A DNA stretch of 64,000 nt, taken from an uncultured Gemmatimonadales bacterium. Its GTDB lineage: Bacteria; Gemmatimonadota; Gemmatimonadetes; Gemmatimonadales; GWC2-71-9. The position numbers were made by a program, and so were the translations under genes. The notes under the pieces were generated by a model. It saw only the letters and a program-made list of their open reading frames with translations. It had not been told where the DNA came from and searched no databases. Positions 37,716 to 46,448 of the stretch are shown one piece after another. The number at the start of each line of letters is the position of its first letter. Positions within the stretch are counted from its first letter, which is position 1. The stretch lies in contig CAVOPE010000013.1 in the NCBI GenBank assembly GCA_963697755.1, positions 138,676 to 202,675 on the forward strand. Reading direction: 5' to 3'.

Positions 37716-38615
37716 ATGGGCATTTTTGATTCGTCTCGCACTCGTGTCGCGCCGGTATTCGGGCGCCTGCAGTGCTTGGATCCATCTGGCAGATTGTGGC
37801 TCCAGGCACTTCTTGAACTGGCGAACACCCGAAAGCTACCGACGCCGGAGGCCGGCACCTCCCGCCTGCGGCTGGCGAAGTGGTGGCCGAGGGAGGCGAA
37901 ACTGGCCGCTCCTCCAGGGCTTCTGCGATGGCTCCTGGAGAATGCGGAGGAGCCAAGTGATGCTGCGGCGTGGGGTCGCAGGCCAGAGGTGATGGCCAAC
38001 CGGCGCAGAGTCGTCGACCGAGATGCCGATACGCTCGCAGGGGCACTACGGAGTCTGCAAGACCGCCGCCCGCCGACTCGCGCCTGGTACGTGCTCGAGG
38101 GGCCGAGTCAACCAGATGTGTATCTGGATTCCGCCGAGACCGTGATCGTGGTAGAGGGGAAACGAACGGAGACCGCTCCGACAACTTCCACAGCCTGGAT
38201 GCGTGTGCGGCATCAGATGCTCCGGCACCTCGATGCAGCCTGGGAGCATCGAGATGGTCGGCGAATCTATGGCCTATATATCGTCGAGGCGGAGAATGGA
38301 ACCAACTCCGTCGAACCGCCGTCCACCTGGCACGAGGCTGTCGAGTCGACGATCTCGGACGAGGTGCTCAGGGGCAGCCTGCCGCACCGCTCGCCAGAGG
38401 AACGATCGCAGATCGCCAGTGCGCTGCTCGGCGTCACGACCTGGCAGGCCGTCTGCGACGAGTTCCAGCTGCCGCGTGCAGTCCTCATCCCGGAAGTCTT
38501 CGATGACACGCCCGCGCCGTCCCGACGGAGACCAGCGAGGTCTCTACGGACGACCCCCGCTGACCGGGACCGGGCGGAGGCTTCGCAATCGGGTGCCAGC
38601 TCGGGGCCAGCTTGA
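37716..38615 (+). CDS. Hypothetical protein with PD-(D/E)xK nuclease-like motif
   Basis: AAGGGAGG RBS. WYVLEGPSQPDVYLDSAETVIVVEGKRTE has the E...PD...ExK spacing of restriction-endonuclease-fold enzymes. GC appears locally lower. A terminator follows. Confidence 0.6.
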   Translation: MGIFDSSRTRVAPVFGRLQCLDPSGRLWLQALLELANTRKLPTPEAGTSRLRLAKWWPREAKLAAPPGLLRWLLENAEEPSDAAAWGRRPEVMANRRRVVDRDADTLAGALRSLQDRRPPTRAWYVLEGPSQPDVYLDSAETVIVVEGKRTETAPTTSTAWMRVRHQMLRHLDAAWEHRDGRRIYGLYIVEAENGTNSVEPPSTWHEAVESTISDEVLRGSLPHRSPEERSQIASALLGVTTWQAVCDEFQLPRAVLIPEVFDDTPAPSRRRPARSLRTTPADRDRAEASQSGASSGPA

Positions 38616-38649
38616 GCATGTAAGCGAGAAAAGGACGACGAGATCCGGC

Positions 38650-38680
38650 CTCCAAGGCAGCGAACCCCAGCAGGGGCAAT
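38650..38680 (+). repeat. Intergenic repeat module copy E (5' box)
   Basis: CTCCAAGGCAGCGAACCCCAGCAGGGGCAAT. The 3' box TTTCGGGGGCTCGGCCTGAGG follows the hairpin. Confidence 0.5.
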
Positions 38681-38711
38681 GGCCGGCGCAGTGGCGCCGG
38701 CCTTTTTCTTT
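38681..38711 (+). terminator. Rho-independent terminator
   Basis: GGCCGGCGC-agtg-GCGCCGGCC followed by TTTTTCTTT. Confidence 0.8.
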
Positions 38712-38738
38712 CGGGGGCTCGGCCTGAGGCAACCTGGC

Positions 38739-39416
38739 CTACGTCAGTTCCGCGGTTTCGCCAGTTGCACCTCGAAGAATCAGCCAAGCAACTGTGGCGC
38801 TCCCGCAAAAGGCCAGAACGTTGCCGATTTGGCTGAGTATGACTTGGGCGGAGAGGATCTCGGCGAGAATAAGGAGCGTGCCGAGTCAGATGATTCCAGC
38901 CGCCCAGCCTAGTCTGCTCCCGGTTCTCAGCAGCGGAATTGCGAAGGCGGCCGTGCCGACGAAAAACGCGAGCATTGCCGGGCCAACGGCGGCGAGGATC
39001 GGCCCCGAGAACATGCTCTCGAGCAGGTCGGTCGCCGCGGCCGGGTCCGCGCCATCCAAGACAAACCGGCCGACGAGCATCTCGCCCACAAAGATCGAGG
39101 CGAGGGCTGCCGTTCCCACCAGTATTAGGATACGTGCCGCATACCCGACGGCTGGCTTACGTGCACCCGTGAGGGCTGAGAGCGCGAGGAGACCGGGAAT
39201 GAAGAGTATGATCCCGACGAATAGGAGCAGGTGTGCTGTGTACCAGCGTGAAGCGTGGTTCACAAGGATCGCAATTTGCTCTGGCGGGGCCATCCTCTCT
39301 TCCGGGTGCAAGAGGTCGCCGATGGCCATCAGAAGCGGACCCGTAATGAGGCTTGCCGCGGCGATGAGCGTTCGCCAGTCGCGAGGAGGTGAAGAGATCG
39401 CCATACCGGCCTCCAT
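38739..39416 (-). pseudogene. Polytopic membrane protein interrupted by an in-frame TGA at 38886-38888
   Basis: ORF 38886..39416 ends ...LGWAAGII-TGA. The same frame then continues for 48 hydrophobic codons (LGTLLILAEILSAQVILSQIGNVLAFCGSATVAWLIL...) to TAG at 38739. Confidence 0.6.
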
Positions 39417-39542
39417 GTCTTGAGCGCCATGCGCGCCAGTTGCTTTTTGAGCTCCTCCAAGCGCCTGAGCCCTGGGGCGGCAAATGCCACGGTGATAGCC
39501 CGCGGGCTTCTCGTCTAAGGCTCCGCGTCTGGCTCGAGCACA

Positions 39543-39767
39543 GGAGTGAACCCGTGAATCCTACCACCGTACGGCGGGCGAGTCTGTCGGCGGGCATGAC
39601 CGTCCTGGGGGTCGCGAGCCTGGCAGCCTCCTCGCGAGCTGCCAGAAGAAGGCAGCCGCGGGGGCCCCACCCGCGCCCGAGGTCACCGTGCTGACCGTCC
39701 GGCGGCAGACCATTCCGGGGCAATACGAGTGGGTGGCGCAGGCTGCGGCCTCCAAGAGCGTTCAGAT
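39543..39767 (+). pseudogene. Duplicated 5' fragment of the RND membrane-fusion-protein gene (copy of 46438..46663)
   Basis: Collinear with the MFP start region, including GGAGTGAAC-GTG and VNxTTVRRxSLSAGMT. There is one 1-nt deletion. The last ~68 nt are identical by eye, and similarity stops abruptly after GTTCAGAT. Confidence 0.8.
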
Positions 39768-39840
39768 GGCCCCTCGCACCCTATCGCCGTATACTTTCCT
39801 GGTCCCCCCAGCCCGCCCCCCAAGAGCTCGCTGTATGTCG

Positions 39841-41589
39841 ATGACGCGTCGCCGATTCCTCGCCGTGGCCGGCGCACCGGCCGGCCGGCTGGCGCCTGCC
39901 GTTGCACCGCGCCGCGAGCGCTACGACGTCTGCATCGTCGGCAGCGGGGCCGGCGGCGGAATGGCCGCGTATGCCCTCACCCAGGCGGGTGCCAGCGTGG
40001 TGCTCCTGGAGGCCGGGCCCGAGTGGTACAGCGAGCGCGACTCGGCGATGCTCATCGCCGCGGCCGACTCGCCCCGGCGCGGCGCGGCGACCAGGGAAAG
40101 GCCGTTCGGTGAGTTCGACGGCTGCATCGGCGGCTGGGAGGTGGACGGCGAGCCGTATACCCGGGGCCCGGGCACCGAGTTCCACTGGTGGCGCGCGCGG
40201 ATGCTCGGCGGCCGCACCAACCACTGGGGGCGCTACTCGTTTCGGTTCGGCCCCGACGACTTCCACCGCAGAAGCATCGACGGGCTCGGCGAGGATTGGC
40301 CGATCGGCTACGACGACCTGTCGCCGTACTACGATCGGCTGGACCGCTTCATCGGGCTTTTCGGCAGCAACGAGGGGCTTCGCAACCATCCCGATGGCAT
40401 CTTCCTTCCGCCACCCCGGCCGCGCTGCTACGAGCTCCTGGTCCAGGAGGCCAGCCGCCGGCTCGGGATCCCCTGCATCCCCAGCCGGATGTCGATCCTC
40501 ACCCGTCCGCACAACGGCCGTCCTGCTTGCCACTACTGCGGCCAGTGCAACCGCGGCTGCCGGGTGAACGCCAACTTCTCGAGCCCCGGCGTGTTTCTTG
40601 AGCCTGCGCTGGAGACGGGCCGGCTCACCCTGGTGACCGGCGCGATGGCACGCGAGGTCACGCTCGACCCCGCGGGCCGGGCCACGGGCGTCTCCTACGT
40701 GAACAAGGCGACCGGCGCGGACGAGCACGTCCGGGCGCGGGTGGTCGTCCTGGCGGCGAGTGCCTGCGAATCGGCGCGGCTCCTGCTCAACAGCCGCTCG
40801 TCGCGGTTCCCCGACGGGCTTGGCAATACGGGCGGGGCCGTGGGCCGCTATCTCACCGACAGCACCGGCGCCGACGTGTGGGCCGTCATCCCCCGCATGG
40901 TGGACCACGTGCCGCACAACGAGGACGGCACCGGGGGCGCGCATGTCTACATGCCGTGGTGGCTGGACAACCGGACGCTCGACTTCCCCCGCGGCTACCA
41001 CATCGAGGTCTGGGGCGGCCTCGCCGAACCGTCCTACGGGTTCATGGGTGAGATGCACAAGTATCCCGGCGGCGGCGGCTACGGCAAGCAGCTGAAAGAC
41101 GATTACCGCCGGTACTACGGCGCCATAGTCGGCTTCTCCGGGCGGGGCGAGATGATCCCGAACGACCGGTCCCGGTGCGAGATCGACCGGGAGGTCGTGG
41201 ACCGCTGGGGCATCCCGGTGCTGCGCTTCCACTGGAAATGGAGCGACCACGAGCTGAACCAGGTGCGCCACATGCAGCAGACGTTTCGCGCCCTGCTCGC
41301 GGACATGGGTGGCATGGCCTTCGAGCCGATGCCGACGAAGGAGGAAGGCTACGGGATCGCGGCGGGCGGCCGCATCATCCACGAGTTGGGGACCACACGC
41401 ATGGGCAAGGATCCCGCGCGCTCGGTGGTGGACCCGGACTGCCGGGTGCACGGGGTGCCCAATCTCTTCGTCGCCGACGGCGGGCCGTTCGTCTCCCAGG
41501 CGGACAAGAACCCCACCTGGACGATCATGGCCCTCGCCTGGCGGACGAGCGAGCACATCGCGCGGCAGCGGAAGGCGGGTGCCCTGTGA
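39841..41589 (+). CDS. GMC-family FAD oxidoreductase with Tat signal
   Basis: MTRRRFLAVAG twin-arginine signal, the DVCIVGSGAGGGMAAYAL FAD motif, and the C-terminal GMC signature HELGTTRMG...NLFVADGG. Confidence 0.9.
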   Translation: MTRRRFLAVAGAPAGRLAPAVAPRRERYDVCIVGSGAGGGMAAYALTQAGASVVLLEAGPEWYSERDSAMLIAAADSPRRGAATRERPFGEFDGCIGGWEVDGEPYTRGPGTEFHWWRARMLGGRTNHWGRYSFRFGPDDFHRRSIDGLGEDWPIGYDDLSPYYDRLDRFIGLFGSNEGLRNHPDGIFLPPPRPRCYELLVQEASRRLGIPCIPSRMSILTRPHNGRPACHYCGQCNRGCRVNANFSSPGVFLEPALETGRLTLVTGAMAREVTLDPAGRATGVSYVNKATGADEHVRARVVVLAASACESARLLLNSRSSRFPDGLGNTGGAVGRYLTDSTGADVWAVIPRMVDHVPHNEDGTGGAHVYMPWWLDNRTLDFPRGYHIEVWGGLAEPSYGFMGEMHKYPGGGGYGKQLKDDYRRYYGAIVGFSGRGEMIPNDRSRCEIDREVVDRWGIPVLRFHWKWSDHELNQVRHMQQTFRALLADMGGMAFEPMPTKEEGYGIAAGGRIIHELGTTRMGKDPARSVVDPDCRVHGVPNLFVADGGPFVSQADKNPTWTIMALAWRTSEHIARQRKAGAL

Positions 41590-42200
41590 GCGACCTGACC
41601 CGCCGCGAGCTGGTCGCGCTCCTCGGAATGACCGCGGCGGCCGCGGCGTGCGGTCCGCGGGCGCGCGGCAAGGGCGCCGAGGGCGCGCACCAGGCAGACA
41701 GCACCAGCGCAGCGATGCAGGCGCCGCGGTTCTTCACCCCTCACGAGTTCGCCACGGTCACGCTCCTGGCCGACCTCATCATCCCCGCGGACGAGCGCTC
41801 CGGCAGCGCGAGCGAGGCCGGCGTTCCGGCCTACCTCGACTTCGCCCTGCGCGAGGTGGAGGATGACGCTATGCGTCTCGCCATGCGGGGCGGCCTCGCC
41901 TGGCTCGACGCGGAGTCCGGCCGCCGCTTCGGTCGGCCCTTCGCGGACGCGGCACCGGTCCAGCGCCGCGCGATCCTCGACGACATCGCGTGGCCGGCCA
42001 GGACTCCGCCGGCCCTCGCGAACGGCACCGCGTTCTTCAGCGACCTCCGCGACCTCGTCGCCACCGCGTTCTGGTCGAGCCAGGTGGGCGTGCGGGATCT
42101 TCAGTATCAGGGCAACGTGGCCGTGCCGGAGTGGTCCGGGTGCCCCGACGCGGCGCTCCGGAAGCTCGGCGTGAGCTATCCGCCGGAGCCGACGGCGTGA
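41586..42200 (+). CDS. Gluconate 2-dehydrogenase subunit 3-like small subunit (Tat signal)
   Basis: GTG overlaps the GMC stop (GTGA). LTRRELVALLGMTAAAAA, and ...FFTPHEFATVTLLADLIIPADE. Confidence 0.8.
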   Translation: MSDLTRRELVALLGMTAAAAACGPRARGKGAEGAHQADSTSAAMQAPRFFTPHEFATVTLLADLIIPADERSGSASEAGVPAYLDFALREVEDDAMRLAMRGGLAWLDAESGRRFGRPFADAAPVQRRAILDDIAWPARTPPALANGTAFFSDLRDLVATAFWSSQVGVRDLQYQGNVAVPEWSGCPDAALRKLGVSYPPEPTA

Positions 42201-43445
42201 GCGGGCGGAGACTCGGGATCGGCATCATCGGAAGCGGCTTCAACGCCGGCTTCCATCTGCAGGCGTTCACCGCGGTGCGCGACGCCGAGGTGCTGGGTGT
42301 CTGGAGCCCCAATACCCGCAATGCCGCGGCCGCCGCGTCGCTAGCGCGGCAGCTCGACGTCGGCGAGGCCACGCCCCTTTCGCTCGATCGCCGACCTGGT
42401 CGCGGACTCCCGGATCGACGCTCTCTGGCTCTGCGGACCCAACCACGCCCGGATCGAGAACGTGGAGGAGATCGCCGACGCCGTCGAGCGCGGGCGGGGC
42501 GAGCTTCGTGGGTTGGCCTGCGAGAAGCCGCTGGCCCGGAATGTCGCCGAGGCGAAGCGGGTGCTGCGGCTCGTGAACCGCGCAGGGATTCGGCATGGCT
42601 ACCTGGAAAACCAGGTCTTCGCCCCCCAGGTGCAGCGGGGGCGCGAGCTGATCTGGGCGCGGGGCGCGCGCGCCACCGGCCGGCCTTACCTGGCGCGCGC
42701 CGCGGAAGAGCACGCGGGGCCGCACAAGCCGTGGTTCTGGCAGGGCACGCTGCAAGGTGGGGGCGTGCTCAACGACATGATGTGCCATTCGGCCCTGGTG
42801 GTGCGCCAGCTGCTCACCCAGCCCGGACAGCCTACCACGTCGCTCAGGGTCCGCCGGGTGACCGGGCACATTGCCAGCCTCAAGTGGACGCGGCCCGAAT
42901 ACGCACGGCGCCTTCGGCGCACGATGGGTGCCGCCGTGGACTATTCCAAACGTCCGGCGGAGGACTATGCCAGCGTGGTACTGGAGTTCGAGACCCCCGA
43001 CGGCCAGCGTGTGATCGGCGAGGCGAGCACGTCTTGGAGCTTCGTGGGGGCAGGTCTCCGTCTCTCGGCCGAGCTGCTGGGCCCCGAGTACTCGATGTCG
43101 TGGAACTCACTCGATACCGGTCTGCACCTCTTCTTCAGCCGTGAGGTGGAGGGGAAGACCGGCGAGGATCTGGTCGAGAAGCAGAACGCCGAGATGGGGT
43201 TGATGCCGGTGGTAGCGAATGAGGCGGCGGCGTACGGCTACGAGGCGGAGGACCGGCACTTCGTGCGAGTCTTCCTGGGAAAGGAGGAACCGCTCCTCAC
43301 GCTGGAGGACGGGCTGGACGTCGTGAAGGTCCTCATGAGCGCCTATCTCAGCGCCGAGCAGGAGAAGACGGTGCGCTTTCCGCCGCGGGGTCTGGATTCC
43401 TTCCTGCCGGCGGTGGCTCGAGGCCGGTGGAATCCGGACGACTGA
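42197..43445 (+). CDS. Gfo/Idh/MocA-family oxidoreductase, one frameshift near 42375
   Basis: GTGA overlap with the upstream gene. The Rossmann N-terminus (LGIGIIGSGFNAGFHLQAF) is in ORF 41990..43144 and the remainder is in ORF 42462..43445. The shift falls in the cccc/ttt run. Confidence 0.8.
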
Positions 43446-43482
43446 CGGGGCGGGGCTGGAAGAGCAGCGCTCGCGGCGCCGC

Positions 43483-44208
43483 TCATGGGAGGATTCGTAT
43501 CTTGATGTTGCGGTACGCCACCCGGTCGCCGTGGTCCTGGAGCGCGATGTGGCCCGAGGCGGCCCGGCCGTAGCCCGGCCACCGACTGAACTTGCTGGCC
43601 TGGACCTTCGCTGCCCAGTCGGGACTCCCGAGCTCGTACTCGACAACCTTCGTGCCGTTGAGCCAGTGCTCGACGTGGTTGCCGCGGACCACGATGCGCA
43701 CCGCATTCCACTCGCCGGCCGGCTTTACCACCCCGGCCGGCGCGGGATACAGCCCATAGGCGGAGCCGGCGGCGGTGAGGCGCGACTGGCCGTCCTTATG
43801 GCGCGCGTCGTCGAGCACCTGCATCTCGGGCCCGGTCTCGTAAGTCTCTTCCCCGTCCTCGGTGACCCGGTACATGATCCCGCTGTTGCCACCCTGGGGA
43901 ACTTTCCACTCGAGCTCCAGCTCGAAGTTGTCGAACTCGTCCCGGGTGATCAGGTCGCCTGCCTTTCCGACGCGGGTGAGTGCGCCGTCCACCACCTGCC
44001 ACCCCGCCGGCACCTCGGCCCGCTTGAATCCGCGCCAGACGTCCAGCGATCGCCCGTCGAAGAGGGTGCGCCACTCGCCGGCGGAGTCAGGTTTCATCGG
44101 CAGCGAAGCAATGGAGGACGATTTCTCGTGCGAGCAGCCGACTAGAGCGAGCGTCAGCAGCCAGCCGGCCGCGAGCCGGGAGGCCAGTGTCGTGATGTTT
44201 CCGTGCAT
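43483..44208 (-). CDS. DUF1080 (3-keto-disaccharide hydrolase-like) lipoprotein
   Basis: ATG at 44208 after GGGGAGG. LALVGC is a lipobox. WRTLFDGRSLDVWRG..., NSGIMYR and ...IALQDHGDRVAYRNIKIRIL are present. Confidence 0.85.
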   Translation of the reverse strand: MHGNITTLASRLAAGWLLTLALVGCSHEKSSSIASLPMKPDSAGEWRTLFDGRSLDVWRGFKRAEVPAGWQVVDGALTRVGKAGDLITRDEFDNFELELEWKVPQGGNSGIMYRVTEDGEETYETGPEMQVLDDARHKDGQSRLTAAGSAYGLYPAPAGVVKPAGEWNAVRIVVRGNHVEHWLNGTKVVEYELGSPDWAAKVQASKFSRWPGYGRAASGHIALQDHGDRVAYRNIKIRILP

Positions 44209-44279
44209 GACTGCCTCCCCACGAAAACGCGCCTGCGCTGCCTCGTCCGCACGCGCGCTCGCCCGAGCGGTTCGAGGAC

Positions 44280-44771
44280 CTACTTCGTGGCAGCGACGCG
44301 AGTCTCCGGCACCACGGCCACGCTGCTGATCTGCCACGTCTGCACGCCCCGCCGTAGTACAACGAGGTAGCGGCTGACGCTCGCCTCGCTGCCCGAGCCT
44401 CCACTACTCATGGTACCCACGTCCCACGCGGTGTTGCCGAACACCCGCGTCGTATCGGATGAGAGGGTGACCTGGTTCCAACTCGCCGCTTCCTCTCCCA
44501 ACGCCTTTCCGATCGCCCCCTGACCCAGCAGTGTGCTCCCGTCCCCACGGATCACGACCGCATCCGGTAGGTACATCGCCGTGAGAGCCGCGGCGTCCTT
44601 CTTGTTGTAGAGATCCGCGTATTCCGAGCGGATGGTGTTGATCTCCTTCAGGGCTGTCCGGAGCGGCACCCTCGGCGACTCGACACCTTGGGCGGTAGCG
44701 GGTGACGTCGCGAAAAACGCGAGGGCGGCGACGAGAGGCAGGCTGGACCTGAAGCGGCGGCTGGCTATCAT
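44280..44771 (-). CDS. Secreted SnoaL-like / DUF4440 (NTF2-fold) protein
   Basis: ATG at 44771. Signal peptide ends ...PATAQG. ...YADLYNKKDAAALTAMYLPDAVVI... is typical of the NTF2-like fold. Confidence 0.7.
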   Translation of the reverse strand: MIASRRFRSSLPLVAALAFFATSPATAQGVESPRVPLRTALKEINTIRSEYADLYNKKDAAALTAMYLPDAVVIRGDGSTLLGQGAIGKALGEEAASWNQVTLSSDTTRVFGNTAWDVGTMSSGGSGSEASVSRYLVVLRRGVQTWQISSVAVVPETRVAATK

Positions 44772-45301
44772 GGCAAGCTCCGGATAAGAGAGGGTCCAAC
44801 CCGCTGTCGCTGAACATGAGAACCCTCGCCACGGCTCGGAACTCGATAGACTCATCGACGGCTCCGACGCGGGCTCAGGGACTCGCAACGAATCTCGCCT
44901 CGGGGCGTTAAGCCAGCGTGAACGCAGCGGCGGGCACTAATGCCAGTGCGGCGACATGTTCAGCCAGGCGAGCGAAGTCCAGTCCCCGCGTGGTTACTCC
45001 AGGAGGGAAACTCGAAGCGCGGTGGCTGCCTGGCGGGCGCCGGGCTTTGCCTGTGTGGGGGTGAGTGGGTGGAGTGGAGATCCTCCGTCGCCGCAGGCCT
45101 TGCTCGCCGCTCGAATCCCTCGTCCGCCAGCGGGCGCGGGGCGAAGCGTGGTTCCCGGCGTATCGCCCAAACGGTGCGGCAATCCAGCGGACAAGAACAT
45201 TGCACCTTGGTGCAGGCCCGTCGCTGTGTCGAGGGGGGCCAAGTTGGGCGCCGGCGCCAGCGCCAAGACAGCGGCTCGAGCCGACTTCAAGGAGGGCCCC
45301 C

Positions 45302-45922
45302 ATGCACCGATTCCGCAACTTCGTCCTGACCTCATTGATGGGTGGCGTGCTCGTCGTGGTGCCGCTCTACCTCGCCGTTCTGTTGCTGCTGAAGGCGATG
45401 CAGTCCCTGGTCGGACTGGTCAAGCCGTTCGCGGCATTGGTCCCCGACTGGGTGCCGGCCGAGAACCTCCTCTCGCTCATCCTCGTCTTCCTGGTCTGCT
45501 TTCTCGTCGGCGCCGGCGTCCGCACCCGAGCCGGGCGCGCGGCCCGCGAGCGAATGGAGGCATCCCTCTTCGAGCGGATCCCGGGCTACGCGGTGGTGCG
45601 GAGTCTGACCCAACAGCTCGTGGGGCAGGGCACAGACAACGTATGGAGACCGGCGCTCGTGGAGCTCGAGGAGGCCCTCGTCCCGGCCTTCATCATCGAG
45701 GAGTTTGAGGATGGACGCTTCACCGTATTCGTCCCCTCGGTGCCGACGCCACTCGCCGGTGCCGTCTACGTGCTCACCCCGGAGAGGGTGCATCCGCTGA
45801 ACGTCCCGTTCACCCAGGCGATCAAGTCCATTTCGCGCTGGGGCGCGGGAAGCAAGGAGCTCGTCGGCGCGATCAGGACGCACGACGATGTCGCCGGCCG
45901 GGCGGCCGTCCCGCCCACCTAG
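45302..45922 (+). CDS. DUF502 membrane protein
   Basis: AAGGAGGG RBS. Two N-terminal TM helices, then ...IPGYAVVRSLTQQ...PSVPTPLAGAVYVL. Confidence 0.75.
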   Translation: MHRFRNFVLTSLMGGVLVVVPLYLAVLLLLKAMQSLVGLVKPFAALVPDWVPAENLLSLILVFLVCFLVGAGVRTRAGRAARERMEASLFERIPGYAVVRSLTQQLVGQGTDNVWRPALVELEEALVPAFIIEEFEDGRFTVFVPSVPTPLAGAVYVLTPERVHPLNVPFTQAIKSISRWGAGSKELVGAIRTHDDVAGRAAVPPT

Positions 45923-46448
45923 AGCTCCGTGGGTTCGTCAATACTACTCCGCCGCTACGATGACCAGCGGCGCGTCGACCACCTGCGACGCGCGGGCCTC
46001 CTTCATCTGTGAGGTGACATCGTCGACGACCGGCTCTGCTACCGCGAAGATCACGCGCACCCGCGCCCGCCGCTTGGTCACCCGAAGGTGGCCGCGAACC
46101 AAGCAGCGTGGTCACCGAGTCGATGGACTGCTCTGCGTGACCTTCCCGCTCTTATCCATCGACGTAACCGCGTAGTACGGCTCGATCCATTGAACCTGAG
46201 TCGTTTTTCGACCTGCGGGGCTTGTAGGCCCGGGTCTCGGTCAGCTGCGTCGCCGCGCTGGACGCCAGGCCTGGAGCGCGCCGTGCAGTTCATCGTATCG
46301 CTATAGCGGCGCTGCTGCGTCGCGGAGGAAGGTGTCGAGGCCTTTCGTGTCATGGCGGTCGCTGGGTTCAGAGGCCATCTTACGCACGATCGAAGCGTCC
46401 GCCCCGTGGCATCGAAATCGAGTCCTGGCAGTGGACGGGAGTGAACAC

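Noticed and set aside
38886-38888. Second selenocysteine codon in the membrane protein
   Set aside because: There is no redox-type Cys/Sec context and I could not draw a SECIS-like hairpin downstream. A Trp (TGG) fits the hydrophobic context better, so a nonsense mutation or base error is more likely.
38679-38912. 77-codon plus-strand ORF starting at the repeat-borne ATG
   Set aside because: It runs through a terminator hairpin, is antisense to the membrane-protein gene, has a weak SD and gives a low-complexity peptide.
39688-39840. GMC oxidoreductase starting at 39688 as an MFP-GMC fusion
   Set aside because: The upstream 50 codons are the frameshifted MFP remnant plus spacer. A canonical Tat signal (MTRRRFLAVAG) begins at 39841, which is the sensible start.
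45923-46437. Possible TetR-type regulator or other gene between DUF502 and the efflux operon (minus strand)
   Set aside because: Only short protein-like stretches in different frames are readable (for example ...RVRVIFAVAEPVVDDVTSQMKEARASQVVDAPLVIVAAE). There is no HTH motif and no continuous frame. It may be a decayed gene, but I cannot support a call.
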